A stretch of DNA of 64,000 bases from Minisyncoccota bacterium (GTDB taxonomy: Bacteria; Patescibacteriota; Minisyncoccia; Phycocordibacterales; DATDWN01), in the NCBI GenBank assembly GCA_041674105.1, contig JBAYWK010000001.1:167114-231113 (forward strand), written 5' to 3'. Below the pieces are notes generated by a model. The model did not search any database and was not told the origin of the DNA. It was given only the letters and a program-made list of their open reading frames with translations. Positions 57,170-64,000 of the stretch are shown piece by piece. Both the position numbers and the translations under genes were made by a program. Each line of letters opens with the position of its first letter. Position 1 is the stretch's first letter.

Positions 57170-57613
57170 ATGTACTTAAACAAAGCACTTATTATAGGTA
57201 ATTTAACTAGAGATCCTGAATTAAAGTCTTTGCCGTCTGGTATTAGAGTGGCTAGTTTTTCTGTGGCCACAAATAGAGTTTGGAAAAATAAAGATGGAGC
57301 AAAACAAGAAAGTGTTGACTACCACAATGTTGTTGTCTTCGGTAGACAAGCTGATATTGTGGGACAATATCTTAAGAAAGGAGGATCAGTTTTAGTTGAA
57401 GGCAGAATGCAGACTAGAAGCTGGGATGATGCTTCAGGAACAAAAAAATACAGAACAGAGATTATTGCAGATAGGGTACAGTTTGGTCCTAGAAGGGAAG
57501 GAGGTTCACCTAGCTATGATGCTGGAAGTAGTTCTCAAGATGAAGAAAAGAAAGCATTGGATACTATAGAGTATCCAGAAGAAGAGATTAACCCAGAAGA
57601 CATACCCTTCTAA
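57170..57613 (+). CDS. ssb: Single-stranded DNA-binding protein
   Basis: LNKALIIGNLTRDPE, VEGRMQTRSW, C-terminal DIPF. Confidence 0.97.
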   Translation: MYLNKALIIGNLTRDPELKSLPSGIRVASFSVATNRVWKNKDGAKQESVDYHNVVVFGRQADIVGQYLKKGGSVLVEGRMQTRSWDDASGTKKYRTEIIADRVQFGPRREGGSPSYDAGSSSQDEEKKALDTIEYPEEEINPEDIPF

Positions 57614-57731
57614 ATTTCCAAATCTGGCGAACTCCTTTGTTGGACTTCGGTAAAATAATTTTCACTTTATACTTATAAAGCTCAAATTATTTTCCTTGTC
57701 CGCCTCGGATTTCATCCAGATTATGAAAATT
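57613..57731. repeat. Intergenic nested-hairpin element
   Basis: AATTTCCAAATCTGG ... CCAGATTATGAAAATT arms enclosing GGAC..AAAATAATTT...AAATTATTTT..GTCC. Confidence 0.55.
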
Positions 57732-57779
57732 AGAACCTAAGTGAAAATTAAAATAAATTAATAAAATTATAAAAGAAAT

Positions 57780-57980
57780 ATGAAACAGTGCTATTTTACT
57801 CAAAATAATATAAAACACATAGACTACAAAGATGTAGATATGTTGAAGAAATTCCTAAACCCACACGCTAGGATCCTTTCAAGAAAGAAGACGGGAGTGG
57901 CCACAAAGAATCAAAGAAAGCTAGCTTTGGCAGTCAAAAGAGCTCGTTTTATGGGTCTCGTACCATTTGTATCTAGATAG
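57780..57980 (+). CDS. rpsR: 30S ribosomal protein S18
   Basis: [16 protein letters not shown]...[12 protein letters not shown]. Confidence 0.96.
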   Translation: MKQCYFTQNNIKHIDYKDVDMLKKFLNPHARILSRKKTGVATKNQRKLALAVKRARFMGLVPFVSR

Positions 57981-57991
57981 AGAAAAACCCG

Positions 57992-58294
57992 CTACTTGGC
58001 GAGTTTTTCGATGGGCTTAACGGACGATGAGGAGATAACTTTAGATTCTCCCATTAAAGCTATATTTGTACGATTTAATGCTCCTGTATCGTTGGGGTTT
58101 ATACTTTTTATTAGTGCAAAGAAGGTTTTGAGTGGGCAGACAAACACTCCTCCACCACTTCCAACTTTCTTATAAAGTACCGGAGCGCCCGCTTGGATTT
58201 CTCCATGCCCATTGTAAACAATATGGACAAGGAGTTTTCCCAGTGACCACCCCAAAAGAAGTGCCATCCGTTCAACTTCTGTATTTGTGTCCAA
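57992..58294 (-). CDS. Hypothetical protein
   Basis: TTG start with AGGAGG SD; no recognised motif. Confidence 0.55.
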   Translation of the reverse strand: MDTNTEVERMALLLGWSLGKLLVHIVYNGHGEIQAGAPVLYKKVGSGGGVFVCPLKTFFALIKSINPNDTGALNRTNIALMGESKVISSSSVKPIEKLAK

Positions 58295-58340
58295 AGAACA
58301 CCTCCTAAGGTAGGATATTATTTTATTGTAGGTTAGTCAA

Positions 58341-58919
58341 TTAAAAACTATTTCCAATTCTTTCGGTGTATTCTCCTGTTTCTGTATTTATTCTAACGAT
58401 TTCACCTTCTTTTATAAACATAGGAACATTTATCATGATTCCTGTTTCAACTTTTACTTGTTTTGTGGCGCCAGAAGAAGTATTTCCTCTTACGGCTTCA
58501 TGAGCTTCTGTAACTTTTAAATCTACTTTTATAGGGAATTTGATGCCTATGACTTTCTCATCAAACTCTAGGGCCGTAAGAGTATCATTCTCTTTTATAA
58601 ATTTTATTTGATTTCCCAGTGTATTTTCGTCGATTTTGAATCGGTTTTTCGGGTCTTCTGGGTCGCAGAACCAGTATTCACCTTTATTATTATATAAATA
58701 TTTTATTTCTCTATTTTCTATCTGAGCTTCTTCAACTTTTTCGGACACATGAAAAGACCTTTCAGTCACTTTCCCTGTGATCATATTTTTTAGTTTTGTG
58801 GCATTAACAGGTTTTCTCTGTTGTTTTCTAAATACATGAGATGATATAACCTCATAAGGGTCACCATCTAAAATGATAACTTTTCTTTCTACTATTTCGC
58901 TGTATTCTAGCATTGCCAT
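58341..58919 (-). CDS. efp: Elongation factor P
   Basis: TKLKNMITGK, YLY, AVRGNTS, ETG..INVPMFI..GE.VRINT. Confidence 0.92.
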   Translation of the reverse strand: MAMLEYSEIVERKVIILDGDPYEVISSHVFRKQQRKPVNATKLKNMITGKVTERSFHVSEKVEEAQIENREIKYLYNNKGEYWFCDPEDPKNRFKIDENTLGNQIKFIKENDTLTALEFDEKVIGIKFPIKVDLKVTEAHEAVRGNTSSGATKQVKVETGIMINVPMFIKEGEIVRINTETGEYTERIGNSF

Positions 58920-59022
58920 ATTTTTTCTAGTTAAGTTTAAATACTAGGGCAGTATAGCGGAAAAACCTAAGTTTTTCAACCTTTAAGGTTTATTTTTTAT
59001 ATAAAGTAGTTTAAATGAATTC

Positions 59023-60093
59023 TTACTCACCACTCTCCTCACTCTCACCGGTAGGAGTAGGAGATACAGAACCTCCATTTTTATGTAGCTCATCTTTAAT
59101 TTTCTTCAAGATTTCACTTGATACTTTTTTATCTTCTTTTAGAAATTGTCTTGTAGAGTCATAACCTCGTCCAAGTTTTATATCACCATAAGAGTAAGAA
59201 GATCCAGATTTTTGGATTATTTTCATTTTTTCACCTAAGGCGATTATTTCTCCTTCTCTTGAGATTCCTTCGTTGTACATTAGATCAAATTCTGTTTGTT
59301 TAAACGGAGCTGCTACTTTATTTTTTACTACTTTTACTCTTATTCTACCTCCCATAACTTCTTCACCTTTTTTTATTTGAGCGATACGACGAATATCTAT
59401 TCTAACAGATGTATAAAATTTCAAAGCTTTTCCTCCTGGAGTAGTTTCTGGATTTCCAAACATCACACCTATTTGCATACGGATTTGGTTTATAAAGATA
59501 ACAACAGTTTTAGATTTTGCTACTATGGCTGTGAGTTTTCTAAGAGCTTGGGACATAAGGCGAGCTTGTTTTCCAACATGATGAGCTCCCATATCTCCCT
59601 CTATTTCATCTTTTGGTGTAAGAGCTGCCACTGAGTCTATTACAATAACATCCAATTTTCCTGATCTAACAAGGGATTCCACTATTTCCAAAGCTTGTTC
59701 TCCTGTATCTGGTTGAGAAATAAGTAATTCTTGTATTTTTACACCGAGTCTTTTTGAATATTCAGGATCCATAGCGTGTTCAGCGTCTATGAAAGCACAT
59801 ATACCTCCTTTTTTCTGAGCTTCAGCTATGACGTGTAGTGATAGGGTAGTCTTTCCTGATGATTCCGGGCCAAAGATTTCTATTATCCTTCCTCTAGGTA
59901 GACCTCCGACTCCTAGAGCAGCATCTAGACCAATGGAACCAGTAGAGATGGCGTTTACATCTACATGGGGTTTATCTCCGAGCATCATTATAGAGTCGTC
60001 TCCAAATTTTGTTTTTATTTCTCTTAAAGTATCTTCTATTTCTGATGTGCCAACTTTATCCTTATCTTTCTTTGGTGTTTTTGTTTTTTTCAT
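59023..60093 (-). CDS. recA: Recombinase RecA
   Basis: [37 protein letters not shown]. Confidence 0.98.
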   Translation of the reverse strand: MKKTKTPKKDKDKVGTSEIEDTLREIKTKFGDDSIMMLGDKPHVDVNAISTGSIGLDAALGVGGLPRGRIIEIFGPESSGKTTLSLHVIAEAQKKGGICAFIDAEHAMDPEYSKRLGVKIQELLISQPDTGEQALEIVESLVRSGKLDVIVIDSVAALTPKDEIEGDMGAHHVGKQARLMSQALRKLTAIVAKSKTVVIFINQIRMQIGVMFGNPETTPGGKALKFYTSVRIDIRRIAQIKKGEEVMGGRIRVKVVKNKVAAPFKQTEFDLMYNEGISREGEIIALGEKMKIIQKSGSSYSYGDIKLGRGYDSTRQFLKEDKKVSSEILKKIKDELHKNGGSVSPTPTGESEESGE

Positions 60094-60148
60094 AATTTTC
60101 CAAATAAGCAAGACTGATGTTTTAAGAAAGTCTTGTTTTTAATTATTG

Positions 60149-60514
60149 TTAATATTCTTTCAGTACAAGCTTCAGTTGTTTTTCCGTATAGGAGCCAAAC
60201 TTGTCGGAAGCATCTAGCTTAATTATATTATAGCCTGTAGATAGGAGCAATTCCTCTTCAAAATAGCCATTTGTGTCCGTGTATATTTTTCTATCATTTA
60301 GGTTTATATAAGCAATATTTTTAGCTCTTCCTGATATTTGGACTAATGTGGAATGGATAGTACTACCGTTTTTTGGGAATTCTATTTCTATGACCGGCCC
60401 CCTTATTATTTTATTTGCTTGAAAAGCTGTGTATCCGAATAAAACAAGTCCAAAAAGAGATAATATACCAATTCTTAATATTGATGAGGCATTTCTATTC
60501 ATGATTTTCTTCAC
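60149..60514 (-). CDS. Membrane-anchored Ig-like small protein
   Basis: TM; GP.IEI..P, GYNII.L.A.DKFG. Confidence 0.65.
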   Translation of the reverse strand: MKKIMNRNASSILRIGILSLFGLVLFGYTAFQANKIIRGPVIEIEFPKNGSTIHSTLVQISGRAKNIAYINLNDRKIYTDTNGYFEEELLLSTGYNIIKLDASDKFGSYTEKQLKLVLKEY

Positions 60515-62684
60515 TAGACTCTGTCTTTTCTAGTATTTCTCTTGGTTTAGCACCAGAACCCGGTCCAATAACACCTCTTTCCTCTAACATATCTATGAGT
60601 CTTGCGGCTCTAGCATAGCCAACACCAAGTTTTCTTTGTAGATATGATGTGGAAGCTTTACCGGCTTCTAAGACCGTCATACGGGCATCCTCGTATAAAT
60701 CATCTTCATCTGCAATAGACCTTTCCTCTCCTAGGGTTGCTTCAAAAATAGAGTTTTTATTATTTGCTCCAGTTAGATCTATTTCATCAGGCATATCACT
60801 TTCGTAACTTTGAGCAAGATATTTCGCAACTGCTTTCACTTCACTTTCAGAAATATATGCAGATTGTATACGCTGAGGTTGAGACATTTCACCTGAGAGG
60901 TAGAGCATATCACCAGCACCTAGTAGTTTTTCAGCTCCACCCATATCCAAGATAGTTCTTGAATCTATTTGAGAAGAAACCTGCAAGGCTATTCTAGAAG
61001 GGATGTTTGCTTTTATAAGACCTGTAATGACATTTACAGAAGGTCTTTGTGTGGATAGTATCAAGTGTATACCGACCGCACGAGACATTTGAGCTAGTCT
61101 GACAATAGCGGATTCTAATTCTCTAGGGTAAGCCTGCATAATATCAGCTAGTTCATCTATAACTATAATGATGTAAGGCATTGTTTCTATTCGTTTTTCC
61201 TCATCGGTAGCAGATCTATCTTTTACTTTCTTTATCTGAGGTTCAACAATATTTTTATGATATGATTCAACGTTTTGTAAGGATTCTGCTTGGAGAACAT
61301 CATATCTTCTATCCATTTCTTTGGCAGCCCATTTTAGAGATAGAATAGCTTTTTTTGCATCAGTTATGACAGGAGTTAGTAGGTGAGGTATTTTGTTGTA
61401 CAAAGTCAGTTCAACTCTCTTTGGGTCAACCATAATAAATTTTAAATTGTCCGGTGAGTTTCTAAAAAGAAGAGAGTTTATAATTGCGTGTATTGTTACA
61501 GATTTACCTGAGCCAGTTGCTCCAGCAATAAGTAGGTGAGGGGATTTAGCTAAGTTTGCAAAATAAGACATTCCAGAGATTCCTTTACCAAGTGACATAA
61601 GTAAAGCTTTGTCTGAGTTTTGAAACTCTGGTGACGAAAGGAGTGTTCCAAGTCCAACAGTTGTTTTTGTACTATTTGGTATTTCTATACCAACCAAAGA
61701 TTTTCCAGGAATAGGAGCTTCTATACGTATTGGGTGAGCAGCTAAAGCAAGAGACAGATCATTTTGAAGACCGACAATTCTAGATAGCTTTACTCCCTCC
61801 GCAGGTTTTAGAGCATATCTAGTAATAGATGGTCCTATAGATATTTCATCCATTTCTACACTGATTCCAAAGTTTGCCAGAGTCCTTTTTATTATATTTG
61901 AGTTTGCCTTTATATCTCCAACTCCAGGTTTACCTTTGTCTTTCTCTAGAAGTGAAAGAGGGGGAGGAGTAAATTCTCTACCGTTAAATGTTATGCCATT
62001 CATAAAGAAACCATCATCTTTTTTATCGGAAGGTTTTGGTGGCTCTGGAGCTTTGGTTGTAGCTTTTTCTGCTTCTGCCATTGCTACAGCTTTTTGTGAT
62101 TCTGGGGAGAGAATAATCTCTGGATCTTCATCATCTAAATCATCCGAAGTCTCTTCTTTTTTGCTTCCAAAAAAAGTAGGAAAGGAAGAGAGTTTTAGTG
62201 GAGTATCAAACATCACCAAAAATGAGATTATTATAAAACCAAAAAGCAAAATAATACTGACATAAATATCAAACATTCCTAAAAGTGGTTCGGAAATGAA
62301 CCCTCCCAATATTCCTCCTTTGTTTGGGAAAGTAATATTTATTACAGCTAGTGAAGATATAAAAAAAAGTAAGCCACCTATAGTATGAGTCATAGCTAGC
62401 TTGTTTTTTAGAGTTTTAAAAAAAGATACTCCTAAAATAAAAAATAGGATTGGTATTATATAGTACCCAGTTCCAAATAAATATGAGAAGAGTTTAAAAG
62501 TTCCTTTTCCAACAGGACCTCCTATATTGAAAGCGGCAAGTAGAAAAAAAATGGAGATTAAAAAAAATAAAATAGCCAAAACTCCTTGGAAAGTTTCTGT
62601 TTTCAAATAAGTAATAACAACGGAATCAGAATTATTGTTTTTATCCTTCTTTACTTTAGAGTTCTTTTTATTCTTGCGTGACAT
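60495..62684 (-). CDS. ftsK: DNA translocase FtsK
   Basis: N-terminal TMs, RIEAPIPGK, AGATGSGKS, TQRPS, gamma domain LQRKLGVGYARAARLID. Confidence 0.97.
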   Translation of the reverse strand: MSRKNKKNSKVKKDKNNNSDSVVITYLKTETFQGVLAILFFLISIFFLLAAFNIGGPVGKGTFKLFSYLFGTGYYIIPILFFILGVSFFKTLKNKLAMTHTIGGLLFFISSLAVINITFPNKGGILGGFISEPLLGMFDIYVSIILLFGFIIISFLVMFDTPLKLSSFPTFFGSKKEETSDDLDDEDPEIILSPESQKAVAMAEAEKATTKAPEPPKPSDKKDDGFFMNGITFNGREFTPPPLSLLEKDKGKPGVGDIKANSNIIKRTLANFGISVEMDEISIGPSITRYALKPAEGVKLSRIVGLQNDLSLALAAHPIRIEAPIPGKSLVGIEIPNSTKTTVGLGTLLSSPEFQNSDKALLMSLGKGISGMSYFANLAKSPHLLIAGATGSGKSVTIHAIINSLLFRNSPDNLKFIMVDPKRVELTLYNKIPHLLTPVITDAKKAILSLKWAAKEMDRRYDVLQAESLQNVESYHKNIVEPQIKKVKDRSATDEEKRIETMPYIIIVIDELADIMQAYPRELESAIVRLAQMSRAVGIHLILSTQRPSVNVITGLIKANIPSRIALQVSSQIDSRTILDMGGAEKLLGAGDMLYLSGEMSQPQRIQSAYISESEVKAVAKYLAQSYESDMPDEIDLTGANNKNSIFEATLGEERSIADEDDLYEDARMTVLEAGKASTSYLQRKLGVGYARAARLIDMLEERGVIGPGSGAKPREILEKTESSEENHE

Positions 62685-62849
62685 ATGATTTCATTTTAAC
62701 AAATATGCAGACATAAAGAAAACTAGCCATGAGACTTGCGAAGATGTCTTTTAATGGAGTATAATAGACATACTCTAGTTTTACTGCTAAAAGACAAAAT
62801 TAACTTAAAGGACAGAAAAGGACATTATCAAAATTATAAAAGTCATATT

Positions 62850-63641
62850 ATGGATATAGAAAAAGACAAGAATATAAAAGACAATATCTCCAAAAATGCA
62901 AATTTGTCTAATAATAATATAGACCCTATATCATTTTTTCAGAAAGATGAGACTTTTGTTTTTCTATACAAAAAGACAGAAAAGTTAACGACAGCGATGT
63001 ATATGATAACAAATCTATTCTCGGACAGTGAGCCGATGAAATGGACATTGCGTAAAAAAATGTCCGACCTTTTGTCTTTTACTTTGGACTACAAAGATTT
63101 ACCTCAATCTCATTATTATGATTTTGTGCACAATATAAAAACAAAGATTTTAGAAATAGTTTCTTTGCTTGAAGTTTCATCTAGGTCAGGTCTTGTGTCT
63201 CCTATGAATTTCTCTATCTTAAAACAAGAATTTTCAAAACTTGTATCGACTTTGGATCAAGCTGAAGGTACTCATAATGAATATGCAAATAAGAGTGTTT
63301 TGACTGATAACTTTTTCAATGTTTACGGTAGTTCAAGTGGAAGCAATAAAGAAGCTTTAAACTCAAATACAAATACTGGAGAGAAAGTACAGATTTCTCA
63401 AGGACATAATGTAAAGGACACAAAATCCGTATCAGACAACGCTGTAGTAAAGAGGAATTATCGTCAGAATGTTATTGTTGATTTACTAAAGAAAAAGAAG
63501 GAAATAGACATAAAAGACATAACACAAGTCATTAGAGATTGTAGTGAGAAAACTATACAAAGAGAGCTAATATCTCTTATCAATTCTGGTGTTTTGAAGA
63601 AGACTGGACAAAGGAGATGGAGTAAATACTCACTTGCCTAA
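62850..63641 (+). CDS. Hypothetical protein with C-terminal winged-HTH (DeoR-like)
   Basis: C-terminal IKDI...SEKTIQRELISL...G.RRWSKY. Confidence 0.75.
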   Translation: MDIEKDKNIKDNISKNANLSNNNIDPISFFQKDETFVFLYKKTEKLTTAMYMITNLFSDSEPMKWTLRKKMSDLLSFTLDYKDLPQSHYYDFVHNIKTKILEIVSLLEVSSRSGLVSPMNFSILKQEFSKLVSTLDQAEGTHNEYANKSVLTDNFFNVYGSSSGSNKEALNSNTNTGEKVQISQGHNVKDTKSVSDNAVVKRNYRQNVIVDLLKKKKEIDIKDITQVIRDCSEKTIQRELISLINSGVLKKTGQRRWSKYSLA

Positions 63642-63760
63642 AGGTCATTTATTTTTATTTTTGAATACACAAAAATTTTAAATTCAATTTAACTAAGTTA
63701 GATTGAATTAATCCTTTGTAGAGGTTGACTTTTTGGCCTATTTTATGAAATAATAGACCT

Positions 63761-63820
63761 TGTGGATATTTCTGTTAAAAACCTGTTAAAACAGCGTTTT
63801 TATATGCAGAGTTATCCACA
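63761..63820. promoter_or_regulatory. DnaA boxes in AT-rich intergenic DNA
   Basis: Perfect TTATCCACA at 63812-63820; 1-mismatch TGTGGATAT at 63761-63769. Confidence 0.5.
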
Positions 63821-64000
63821 TCATAATTTGGAAGTCTCACAGAGAGAAGATATAATTGCTTTAATAAATGTGTTTAAAACACATTTATTAAAGACAGAAT
63901 ATTACTTCTAAATTTTCAGTAAGAATAAGTACCTTGACAATTAAATATGGATTTATTTTTCCGAAAGACTAGTTCTGCTTTTGACTGCTTCATCTAGAAA

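Noticed and set aside
57980-58340. Absence of rplI after rpsR as evidence of L9 loss
   Set aside because: rplI is often unlinked from rpsR; this cannot be judged from one window.

Overview
AT-rich chromosomal segment of a Candidate Phyla Radiation bacterium, most likely Parcubacteria/Paceibacteria. This is an inference from the reduced gene set, the pil genes, apparent leaderless genes, rplK without rplA and IleRS with a histidine-phosphatase insert. Most of the window is housekeeping: ruvB/ruvA, pilB, pilMNO-like genes, polA, mutM, four aminoacyl-tRNA synthetases, a thyA-folA-dut cluster, secE-nusG-rplK, rpsF-ssb-rpsR, efp, recA, ftsK and 8 tRNA genes. The main unexplained structure is non-coding and tRNA-linked. 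(1) Five different tRNA genes are each followed by an element with the same plan: a hairpin, then an INVERTED copy of that tRNA's own T-arm/acceptor end split by an AG-[hairpin]-(C/T)GN insert, then a palindromic body (nearly identical at three loci), then usually a DIRECT copy of the tRNA 3' end. (2) Downstream of a fully duplicated tRNA-Ser lies a GC-richer array of single-gene cassettes. These are delimited by homologous startless ORF tails that begin at GCGG, the same sequence as the antisense tRNA 3' end, suggesting integron-like accretion at a tRNA. (3) A candidate ~165-200 nt structured ncRNA with its own promoter and terminator lies next to ruvB. No CRISPR array, rRNA, or intact integrase or transposase was seen. 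All calls come from reading the sequence and motifs by eye; no database searches were run.
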